A stretch of DNA of 64,000 nt, taken from positions 8,183,260-8,247,259 of the forward strand of contig MU058844.1 in NCBI GenBank assembly GCA_013265495.1. Reading direction: 5' to 3'. The position numbers and the translations under genes are program-made. This document shows positions 47,532 to 58,412 of this stretch, in pieces (position 1 is the stretch's first letter; each line of letters begins with the position of its first letter). Source of the stretch: Vicugna vicugna. Taxonomy: Eukaryota. Under the pieces are notes generated by a model. That model searched no databases, was not told where the DNA came from, and saw nothing but the letters and a program-made list of their open reading frames with translations.

Positions 47532-48779
47532 CCCCACCGCGCAGCACAGCTACGAGCAGGGATAAAGAGAAGACAGAGGGGACGCACCTTCATATATTGT
47601 TAAATCTACCCCTGCAAAGTCTTAGGTTATTTTTTATGAAGTTCGTTGCTCCTATGTAAAACAAAAGCCCTATTACAGTGCTTATTTTCTTTGAGGTTAC
47701 ATACTAGATGTTTACTCACGTCGACTAAGGTATACGAGATGTTATGGAGATGTATATATATCTCTTATTCAAAATCAATTTGCTGGTAGTGGCTGGTCCT
47801 TATAAGTTCTTTAAATTAAAAATATTCCAAGAGTGGCTACCTACTCCCTAGTTTATGCTCCAAAAAAATATAAATAGCTCACCTATTAGTAACTTGGGAT
47901 AACCTCATACACGTGATTCTTGTAACCAACTAGAGTGAAAAAAATCAGAAACTCCCAATAAATGAAAAAAATTGAGAGTCTATAGGGGAGTCTGTATCTA
48001 GTTAATAACCATTTGGAAAATTGTTTAACTTTACCAAAAATACAGAGTGCAAGTTAAAATGGAATGCCATTTTTCTCCTGTAAAAATTGTACTAATCTTG
48101 AAAACTAATAGCCAATAATACCAATTACAGTAAAGTGTATGATCTGGAGGCCGTGGAAATTGGCACAATCTTTTCTGAAATACCTTGGAATTCTGCCCAT
48201 CCCTTTAACACTAAACTGTTTAGTTGGAAACACTCAAAATATGTAAGTATCAAAAACACATTTCACACTCCATACAATGTACATGTTCATAATTCCAGAC
48301 ATTTTTTCTAAAAGGGAAAAAAAATTTAGGAAATAGTAATGGTAGGAGCTAAAAAAAAAATCAATAAATTTTGAAAATCTACAATTTTAAACATGTATAC
48401 TTTATGAAATAGTAAACACTGGCAAATTTGCTAAAACTATGCTTTCAATTTTTCTTTCTTTAAATGGACTAAAAACATTATCGTTATAGAATCTTAATAT
48501 ATTCACATATATTCACATACATATTAATATAGTCTTACACATTCATATTCCCATAAACAAGCAATACTCACATTATTCATGATTTTTTCAAGATTTGCCC
48601 TTTTCAATCCATTGCTTTTTCATTAAGAGATGATTTACAATAATTTCAAAATGACTTTTTAAACAGTTTTGAAAATAACTTTATACAACTTTTATTTTAG
48701 AAATCTGGGATTATATTTTGTTCTGCCTCAGAAATTAACATTATCCCAGAAATTTGTTAGTACAAAAATAACCCCCATA

Positions 48780-49600
48780 AATGCAAATCAAAATTACAAT
48801 GAGGTATTAACTCACACCAGTCAAAATGGCCATCACTTAAAAAGTCCACAAATAATAAATGCTGGAGAGGGTGTGGAGAAAAAGGAATCCTCCTACACTA
48901 TTGGTGGGAATGTAGTTTGGTGCAGCCACTACGGAAAACAGTATGGAGGTTTCTTAAAAAACTGAAAATAGACTTACCCTATGATCCAGCACTCCCATTC
49001 CTGGGCATCTATCTGGACAAGACTCTAATTTGAAAAGATACATGCACCCCAATGTCCATAGCAGCACTATTTACAACAGCCAACACATGGAAGCAACCTA
49101 AGTGTCCATCAACAAATGACTGGATAAAGACAACAATGGTATATTTATACAGTGGGATACTACTCAGCCACAAAAAGAATGCAATACCATTTGCAGCAAA
49201 ATGGATGAACCTGCAGATTGTCATACTAAGTGAAGTAAGCCACAGAGAGAAAGAAAAACACCATATGATATCACTTATCTTAAAAAAAGACACAAATGAA
49301 CTTATTTACAAAACAGAAATAGACTCACAGACATAGAAAAAGAACTCATGGTTACAAGTGGGGGGAGGAGGGTGGGAAGAGATAAAACGGGAATTTGAGA
49401 TTTGCAGATACTAACTACTATATATAAAAAAGATAAACAAGTTCCTATGGTATAGCACAGGTAACTATATTCAATGTCTTGTAACAGCCTATAATGAAAA
49501 AGAATAAGAAAAAGAATATATACATGTATGTATATAACTGAATCACTATGCTGTACACCAGAAACTAACACAACATTGTAAATTGACTTTACACCAATTT
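48780..49600 (+). mobile_element. 5'-truncated L1 (frameshifted ORF2 C-terminus plus 3' UTR)
   Basis: aatgcaaatcaaaattacaatgagg...; ORF 49052-49336 (AALFTTANTWKQPKCPS...) is ORF2p-like. Confidence 0.93.
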
Positions 49601-49634
49601 AATTTTTTTTTAATTTTTAAAAGTATCTCTTATA

Positions 49635-49770
49635 GCACACAGGTAAAGATTCCAGGCTCTGAAGTCATACTTGCCTGGGTACAAATCTCAGCTCCATCAC
49701 TTGATCTTGAGCAAGTTATTTAACTTCTCTTTGTTTAACAGTTTCTTCATCCAAAAACTAAAAATGTGTT
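49635..49770 (+). mobile_element. MIR fragment
   Basis: caggctctgaagtca...gcctgggtacaaatctcagctccatcactt...cttgagcaagttatttaacttctct. Confidence 0.7.
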
Positions 49771-50416
49771 CACACAGTAACTCTCTACTAAATATCTTAA
49801 CAGGCACCAGGCATGATCACATCCACTGTCCTAGGATTTAGCCCAGAGAAGAAAACTAACAGTCACTGACCTCCCAGAGCTTATAAATTGGTGGGATAAC
49901 TCAGAAGGCTGCAGGGAGCAACTCAAAATATATTACACACATAAAGCACTTTGCGTGGTGTTGGAAACGAACATATGCTCAAAAGAGGAAAGCTATAAAG
50001 TCACAGGATTGATAATAGTTATTATTATCTCATGCGACTGATGATGGCTCTAATTATCTCACAGGGTTGTTGTGAAAATTAAATGAGCTAATTCACACAA
50101 AGCACTTGGCCTTAGGTTTAAAAAAATTCTATACATATCAGCTATTATTATAAAATAATAAACGTCAAGATTATTTCTGATGGAATCTCTATTCACTGGG
50201 GGTGGGGGGAAGGGAGTGAGGGATACTAGGAAGGTTTTTCACGTCCTGCAAGAAATGACAAACCCCATGCTGTGTCAGGTCACCTCTCAAAACATGAGGA
50301 AAGATGGCAAGGGCCATCTCATCCTCCATCTCAATCATGCATGCTGGTCTCTGACAAAAGCCTCCTGATTGGGTTGGCATTACAGGAAGTATTTAACATC
50401 AATCATTCCCTATTTT

Positions 50417-50455
<39 letters not shown>

Positions 50456-51076
50456 TAGTTATAGTCAGCTTACAATGTTGTGTCAATTTCTGGTGTACAG
50501 CACAATTTTTCAGTCATACATGAATATACATATATTCATTTTCATATTCCTTTTCACCATGAGCTACAACAAGATCTTGAATATATTGCCCTGTGCTATA
50601 CAGTATAAACTTGTTTATCTATTCTATATATACCTGTCAGTATCTACAAATCTCGACCTCCCAGTCTGTCCCTTCCCACCCCCACCCCCGATCCTGGCAA
50701 CCACAAGTCTGTACTCTATGTCTGTGAGTCAGTTTCTGTTTTATATTTAAGTTACTTTGTCTTTTTTTTTTTAAGATTCTGCATATGAGTGATATCATAT
50801 GGTATTTTTCTTTCTCTTTCTGGCTTACTTCACTTAGAATGACATTCTCCAGGGACATTCATGTTGCTGCAAATGGCATTATGTTGTCATTAGAGCTGAA
50901 TAGTATTCCACTGTATAAATATACCACAACTTCTTTAGTCAGTCATCTGTCGATAGACATTTAGATTTTTTCCATGTCTTGGCTATTGTAAATAGTGCTG
51001 CTATGAACATTGGGGTGCAGGTGTCTTTTTGAATTAGGGCTCCTTTTGGATATATGCCCAGGAGTGGGATTGCTGG
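50417..51076 (-). mobile_element. 5'-truncated L1 with a (TTTA)n tail and 16-bp TSD
   Basis: TSD AATCATTCCCTATTTT 50401-50416 versus AATCATTCCTTATTTT 51077-51092. ORF 50637-50858 is the ORF2p end (ILSEVSQKEKEKYHMISLIC). Confidence 0.93.
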
Positions 51077-51105
51077 AATCATTCCTTATTTTAAAAATAG
51101 TTTTA

Positions 51106-51292
51106 CAACAGATTTCTACTGTATAGAACATGGAACTATATTCAGTATCTTGTAGTGACCTGTAATGAAAAAGAATATGAAAATGAATATATGTATGTAT
51201 ATGGATGACTGAAACAAACATTATCCTGTACACCAGAGATTGACCCAACATTGTAAACTGACTACACTTTGATTAAAAAAAAAAAAAGCAAA
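51106..51292 (+). mobile_element. Short L1 3' end with a 13-bp TSD
   Basis: TSD AAAAATAGTTTTA 51093-51105 versus AAAAATTGTTTTA 51293-51305, plus a poly-A tail. Confidence 0.88.
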
Positions 51293-51767
51293 AAAAATTG
51301 TTTTAACCTTTAGAGCTCAATGATATAAAACTTAGGGGGTATTTCATAACTTGAACCAAATATGATTAAAGGGAAGGAAAATAAAACTACAAATAGTATG
51401 GCGCGACATCACACAGACATTTGGAATTAGCCAAAAGGAAAAACAGAGACACTGAGTTCTCTGTGCTGAGGCTGGGTTTCAAAATCAGGAATTAAGCTGC
51501 TGCACAAAACAAGGACCACATGTATAAGGCGGAGCTGTGCTCACATTTTTAGACTTAAGTCAGAAAGGCTGAGAAGGTAGACTACGATAAAAAATGGTTT
51601 TTCCTCTATCTTTCTCATGAGGATGTAAGTTGAGGACAACAAAGATTTAATTTTCTCACTATGTAATACAAATGAATGTCTAAAGTGGAAGCAAGTCCAA
51701 GTTGAAAGAGTCTGACAGATCTTAATTGTTCTCAGCGCCAGAAGAAACGTTAATTACATAACACAAT

Positions 51768-51890
51768 AGAGGTGTTAGCTAACCTACTATGGTAATCATA
51801 TTGTACTATAAATACAGTCAAATCGGTATGTTGTACATCTTAAATGTACACAATGTAACATGTTAAATATATCTCAATTTTTTTTTAAAA
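51768..51890 (+). mobile_element. Older L1 (L1MA/MB-type) 3' end
   Basis: tgttagctaacctactatggtaatcat...tgttgtacatcttaaatgtacacaatgt...atatctcaat. Confidence 0.65.
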
Positions 51891-52269
51891 AAAGTGGGGA
51901 TTGGCACACTCAGGAAAAACCAGAGTGATTCCACGATAACATAGGTCCTCTGGAAAAGAGGGAAACCATGGTTATGAAAACAGAAAACCGCCCACTCTCC
52001 CTCCTATAGGGAGCAGATATACTCCAGGGCATCAGCAAAGAGTCTCTACACAGATTTAGTACAAATTGGTAAAGAACGGAATCCACAGGGGAAATTCTAT
52101 TTCTTGGGTTCAAATAAAACAAGAAGCTACTTGCATTCACCAAACCTGGACACAGAATTTAACTACCACTAAAAATGACATTTTGAAAAACAAACTATGC
52201 TTAAGCACAAACTATGTATGAAGTTTATATGTAAGAGAGATTTATACAACTAGTATCATCTAAGCCGAT

Positions 52270-52440
52270 CATTTCATTCATCTATTGAGTAACTCCTAGG
52301 TGACAGGCTTAAAGTGAACGCTATTAGTCTCCATTTTACACACGACAAAATCAGGGTCTGCAGAGGTTAACTCACTCAGGATCCTACAACTAGAAAGTTG
52401 TCAAGATTCGACTCTCTCCAAAGCACATGTTCTGTTTAAC
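52270..52440 (-). mobile_element. MIR fragment
   Basis: tattagtctccattttacacacgacaaaatcagggtctgcagaggttaa. Confidence 0.55.
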
Positions 52441-52730
52441 TACTTACTCCAGTCATGCCAACGTTGTTCCAAATGACTTCTAAACTTTTTTTTTAATTTA
52501 AGAAACAAATAGAAAAGTTCATCTTAATACATGGTAGCAGTATTTTCTTTTTATATCACCAGACCAGTTTTGTTACATACTCCCCAGATTGATTTTTATT
52601 ATGTTATTTGGACTGACTACTAAATCTGACTTGTCATTATCAGAACCACCCAAAAGCTATTTGAAAACAATTATCAAATGAACCCTCAAGGGTAAAATAC
52701 TGCTATCACTGCGGATGCTTAAAATAAAGT

Positions 52731-52822
52731 GCTAAAATCAAAACTACAATGAGGTATCACCTCACACCAGTCAGAAAGACCATCATCAAAAAGTGTACAG
52801 ATAATAAATGCTGAAGAGGGTG
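52731..52822 (+). mobile_element. Isolated L1 ORF2 fragment
   Basis: aaatcaaaactacaatgaggtatcacctcacaccagtcagaa...ataataaatgctgaagagggtg closely matches 48785-48873 in this window. Confidence 0.85.
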
Positions 52823-54169
52823 GGGGGGAATGGGAGCTGGACAAAAGAAACAAATTATTCTGTCACAGTTCCTAATTCAGAAGGCTGGACCATTTTGCGA
52901 TATTTCTTGAATTTAAAAGATGATGGGTGGGGTGAGGTTACAAAATGTGCACCATATTCCTAGATCCTCTGAATAAGCTACAGAATTAATATCAATTCAA
53001 GTAATTTATTCTTGAGCAGCTCTGTGCCTGTTTTGCATCTTCATAAAAATAAAATGGCTTTTTTCCCAAAGCATAAATAATCCTGTTCTTTTGCAGGCTG
53101 ATGTGACATCTGCATAAAGATAATTAATTCCCATCTTCCGCTATTATCTATTTGTCCATTACCAAAGGGTAAATGGTGTTTTCAATAGGCTCTTGTGCGC
53201 TAATGCATGATATTTACTGGTAATAAGTATTTTGAGCTATTGAAGAGCAGCTTCAAAAGGACATGAAATTAGCTAAACATACATCACAACACTGTGGTAT
53301 TTACAACAGACTCCCATGGATAATGAAACTTCACTTAGGATACTGGATTTCTGTTCAGTCAACACATATCAAATACTACTAAAGGGATTGCTACCTGCAA
53401 AGGACCTCAGCTGATGGAATTTAAACTTTATCTTGTAACACAGGGGAGTTTAGAGCGTTCTTTGTGACAATCATCTTTTCAGATACTACAAAAGGTTTTC
53501 TGCAACAACTGTTATCTGCCCATCTCCACAACAGCCAGATAAAATTTAATCATCGTGTGCCACATGCCTTGAACTGCTTTAATTTGGGGTTGCCTCAGCT
53601 CTGCTTGAGGAATGAAAAAATTAAAGGGCACGCACAGGAACAGAAGGACAAATAAATCCCTGTTGTGTTTTTCAAGATGCTCATTAATGCTTTATTCTTT
53701 TTTTCCCTTCCAGCAATAAAATCGGGTTTCTCTTCTGAGTATTTCTCCAATCCAAACCCAAGATTGCAGTATCTTTTTTTAGACCATCTTTTAACCACAA
53801 ACCAAAATCCGACAAGCATCAGAGCCCCCCTGAAAAAAGTATAAAGTTCCCTTCAGAAAGTTACATTAGTAGTTTCCTTAGCCTGAGAAGTTATTTTTTC
53901 TGAGAGATCTCTAGTAGAGGGTACTTCCAAAGTGGGGCTTCAGTTGGGAAGATCACTATTTAAGCTCTTGCTTAATATGTGGATGGGATACTGCCGGTGT
54001 CCGCCCCAAGCCTCATCTGCCCCCTCACCACCTTCCGGACAGACATCACCGTGGGGCACTACACCACACAAGAAAAAGCAGAGGTTTGCAGGCACAAGTT
54101 CTACAGATGTTTCTGTTGCTTCTATAAATAAGAAAATGTTTAAAGACCTGGGAGATGTGCACCTTCCTC

Positions 54170-54385
54170 CACTTTACTTTCTCTGCTTGTCTCTGCCCAG
54201 AACATGGACCTGGTGCTTAGAAGGATAACGACGACCATGCAAGAATGGAGGGCTGTGGTGAGACTCAAGGCAACACACCAAGGATGGTGGAAGAGAAAGG
54301 AAAGCTCCGGTCTGCCGTGTGGAGCAGCCCCAGGTCGCTGGCCTCTGAACTTCTTGTTCTTTGAGAAAAAGAAACCCTTATTTAC
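54170..54385 (+). mobile_element. Old MaLR LTR fragment (MLT1-like)
   Basis: aaggatggtggaagagaaagg...cctctgaacttcttgttctttgagaaaaagaaaccctta. Confidence 0.5.
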
Positions 54386-54652
54386 TTATTCTGTACATGG
54401 GAGTTAGTATCTGCCTATCCCAAACTCCTAATTTATCCCTCCACCCTGACCCTGTAACCCTAGGTTTGTTTTCTGTCTGCCTCTTTCTGTTTTGTAAATA
54501 AGTTCATTTGTGCCACTTTTTAAGATTATGTATATAAGTGATATCATATGATATTTGTCTTTTTCTGTCTTCCTTCACTTGGTATGATCATCTCTAGGTC
54601 CATCCATGTTGCTGCAAATGGCATTATTTCCTTCCTTTTTATGGCTGAGTAA
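54386..54652 (-). mobile_element. L1 fragment (ORF2 end and part of the 3' UTR)
   Basis: Reverse L1: ctgttttgtaaataagttcatttgtg...ataagtgatatcatatgatatttgtc...catccatgttgctgcaaatggcatt. Confidence 0.88.
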
Positions 54653-55139
54653 TGCTAGCTACTTTTGATAGATATTGCCACTAGAAAGTTATAGAAGTCT
54701 AATACATGCAATTTACTACTTATTGCTGGTCAACAGTAGTCAAATTTCTGTATTATGGAATAATTGGTTACAAAGCACTTAACATATGCTTAATCATTTA
54801 AAAAAGGAGGAAAAGAGAACAAAACTTTTCTCTCCAGGAGCATAGTTGAAGCAGCTAAGGAAAACACAGGAAAATAATGGGAAACAATGAGAAAAACTAC
54901 AATATATATACTTGAAATGCATAAGTCACAATGCCTTGTGACTAAGGAGTCATATTTTCTACACTGTTAAAGCAATTAGAAGGGCAGATTTGTGGGAAAT
55001 ATAACTATCAGCAAAGCATTGGTAAAATAAATAAGAATTATGACAAATTCTGAAGGTCAAAAATGGACATGGGATATTTAAGAGATTATCACAACCACTC
55101 TGGTGAAAGGAAAGACTTGTGCTGGGAAACAATGAAAAA

Positions 55140-55330
55140 GAATAATAAGAACTACCATTTATTGAGTGGCTGATAGTCCTTATCTGGCATAATGCCAAAG
55201 GCTATCTGCTCTTGCATTTAACTCTCACAATAATTGTATGAAACACCTTTTATAGTCCTTGTTTACCAATGGGTAAATCAAAGCTCAGAAAATAACTTAC
55301 CAGCCAAATGCTACACACTACTACCAGAGC
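55140..55330 (-). mobile_element. MIR fragment
   Basis: taccatttattgagtg...catttaactctcacaataa...gtttaccaatgggtaaatcaaagctcaga. Confidence 0.55.
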
Positions 55331-56691
55331 TGCAAGACAAAGTATGTAACAAAGATGGTGAAAAGGTGTAGACACAGCCAAAACTGTTACAGGAAAGTAC
55401 CTGTCTACACATGAAGCAACCATGATGCATTAGAGCGAGCAAATACTAGAGGCAAGGGGGTCCCATGGTCTGGGTACAGATGATGAAGGGGGGGGGTCAT
55501 AAAAAAGGACTGGATCTAGGGAATGAAGAATGCACAAGACAGAGTGGAACATCACCTTCTTTAGAAGACAGCTATTTCTAAACTCATTTCTTTTCGTTTG
55601 GACTATCTGGTTACTTCCTGTTCTAGTCTACCATATAGTGATGGTATATAATGTAAATATTATAGATATCACAATATTTTTGAAGGACATCCTTGCCTCA
55701 CTTAGGCTTAGCCTTGTCTCATTTAGGCTTAGCCATGAGACTGAAGACACAAAGGAAGATGATGTGACATTAAGAGAAGTCTCCAAAAGGAAAAAAAATT
55801 AAAACCTATTTCTGTCTGCCTTGAACGATTTTGATCACAAGGATGCAGAGCACAGAAGAGTTCATGAAAGTCAAGTACAGGAGTCCTGCATCCAAGGGAC
55901 AGGGAGGTGCTTTGGGAGTAGCCTCCAAAACATCTGTGGGAATGAGAATCTTCTTTGGCCTACAGATGTTCATGACGACCTCCACATGGTACACAGTGGA
56001 CCCAGAATTTTACGTGACCTGGGAAGGAAAATGCAAATGCTAAGAAACATACATAGACTGGAAGAACTGTCCTGGGAACCAAACAAAGGGATTTGTCCAG
56101 ATTCTCTCAATAGAAAGACAGAACTACTTACATGTTAGCAATCACTTGTTCTTATCACAGGAACAGATGAGAATTCCAAGGGCTCCCTACAGATCTAAGG
56201 ACCTCATCTCCTCCTCGACCCAATGTCTGAATTTCTTCTCCATACACCTGCATGACTTCTTGAAGGGAAGCAGACAGACAGGAAGGCAAACCCTAGAGCC
56301 TCCCATTTTACCTAAAGATTTGCTTTAATTGTGTGGGACTAAGTTTCTTCTACCTGACTAAGCAGTGATTTCCTTCCCTACTATCCAGGAAGCAAGGAAG
56401 GCCAGCTCCATTAACAGAGTAATGAAAAAGCTCTCATTTTCTCTGCACATCTGGGCTGAGACTGAATAATTTAACCATGCACAGAAACTCAAAAAAAATC
56501 AGTATTACCCCAAGGAAAGTCCTCTTGAGAGAGAATACAAATAAACAACTTTTATATTGGAAAAGTATGTGTAACTGGATATTAAAATAAGAGCTGTGGT
56601 CGAGGCCTCAGAGGATAAATATCAGATACACAGGGAGATGCAAACTGAAATGCAAACTTCAAAGTAGGCTTCACAGAAGTATTGGACCCCG

Positions 56692-57664
56692 TGCTGACTT
56701 AGCGGGCCCCAACTGTCAGCGATGGAGATGGAGGGAAACAGGGGTGATAGTGTGAGCTCCTTCACTTCAAGAAAGAGGAACTCAAGGGCACGTTGAAAGC
56801 TTGTTATGTCGTCCCAGAGTAGAAGGCAGCACTTACTGGTGTTCCTAGCCTGAGGAGTATCAGATGGCCTGGGGTAGCATGACAGTGCTGCACTGAACAG
56901 CACCTGATGGTTTCCCTTTACAAGAGTTGGTCAAAGATAGGCAACTGTTCCCTGTGGATTAGCTGCGGGTCTGGCAGCAGGAAGGGCCAGCTTGGAGCCA
57001 CCTTGAATTCTTTCAAAGATGGCCACGTGGCAGGGTCACCAATAAAGGCTATGATACAGACCATCAAAAAACGGTGGCAGAGGAGAAAGTGTCAACCAGA
57101 GGGAAAAACCAAACACTCCAGGGGAGCTGTGGTCAGCGGCTCCCAGCAGGGAAGGCCCTGATGGATTCACAGACACACCCACAAGAAAATGAGTCAGCTC
57201 TGAGTATCTGCCGGGTCTCGAGTAGGCAAAGCCAGTGTGAATCCACAATACACACAGAAAGAACTTTCCTGTGGACCCTTTACACCAGTCTGTATTTCAG
57301 AAGAGTCTCTGACAGAAGACAGGAGAAGAAGCAGAAAGGAAGAAGCATGCGCCAAGAAGCAGCAGACCCCCTCCGCTTTGTCACTTACCGTATCCCCCAG
57401 CCCAGAACTAGCAGGTGTTCAATGAGTCACACTGCCCGTTCCAGAACGCAGACTCCCTTTTACAGCAAAGTCCACCAGAGGCAGAAGATTTATTTCCCAA
57501 ATAAGACTATAACTGCAATTTAAAGGGATTATAAGGCTTTCTAGTACCAGAAAAGTCAGAATTTTGATTAATACCAGGGGATAAACTTCCCCCTTCAAGG
57601 ACATTTTAAATGGATAGTAGTAAGCACAATTTCAACTTGTATTATGATTTTATCCCGTGAGTCA
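56692..57664. promoter_or_regulatory. Candidate AP-1/MAF enhancer cluster
   Basis: TGAGTCA at 57190, 57423 and 57658, and MARE-like TGCTGACTTAGC at 56692. The segment is locally richer in GC and CpG and has no recognisable repeat. Confidence 0.4.
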
Positions 57665-58084
57665 CACATGGTCAATGTACTAATTACTCAGGCTATGGTT
57701 TACAAAGCAACTTACCATATATGTTCCATTTCATCTTTATATCAATCACACTTTCATAGTTTAAGGAATTAGGACTCAATGAATAGTAAGCCCCAATGTT
57801 GGTTCTATGATACACGTTTTGTAAAGCCAACTCTACTGCTCTTTGCAGTACACCTCCTGCTTTTCCCTTAGGTTCTCCTGAGTAAGTCTTCCTGGATTCC
57901 TAGCTAGCAATTCCTACCTACAAAAAGATGGATAACCCTGGACTCTTGCTTTAACTACACCCCAGCTATTCCCAACAGACAGTCCTTTCATCCACTATTC
58001 GATTCACTTAGCCTACCTGCCTTCCAGACCAGATTAAAAAATCTGTCTCATCAGATTTAACACAGGATTAAGTCCAGCAAAAAT

Positions 58085-58412
58085 AAACAGAAATTCCAAA
58101 ATAAGAGTGACACAAACAAGATGGGATCTTATTCCATCTACATAAATATACAGTCCAGTACTAGAAATGGCAGGTCCCTAACAGTAAGGGACCCAGACAT
58201 ACCCCTGTCTTGTTGCTCTGCTATATTCAACTCATAATTACCTGCCTTTTGGTCCATCCTGGCCCTACCATCACACCTACATTCAAGCCAGCAGGAAATA
58301 GGGAAGGAAATCCTGTCTATTAAGGTACACACATCTCTTCTGCTTACATCCCAGTGGCCAGAACTAAATCAAATAGCCATGCTTACCCACAAAGAGGCTG
58401 GGAAATCTGAGC
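58085..58412 (-). mobile_element. MaLR LTR (MLT1J-like)
   Basis: ccatcacacctacattcaagccagcagg; tgcttacatcccagtggccagaact; aaagaggctgggaaat. Confidence 0.65.

Noticed and set aside
55806..56328. Cluster of overlapping ORFs, possibly a processed pseudogene
   Set aside because: No frame resembles a protein I recognise, and I found no poly-A tail or TSD.
56831..56906. Minus-strand gtaagt donor with an upstream cag
   Set aside because: The acceptor lacks a pyrimidine tract.
57074..57523. 149-aa ORF on +
   Set aside because: Non-ATG start in a locally GC-richer patch and no domain. Better explained as regulatory DNA.
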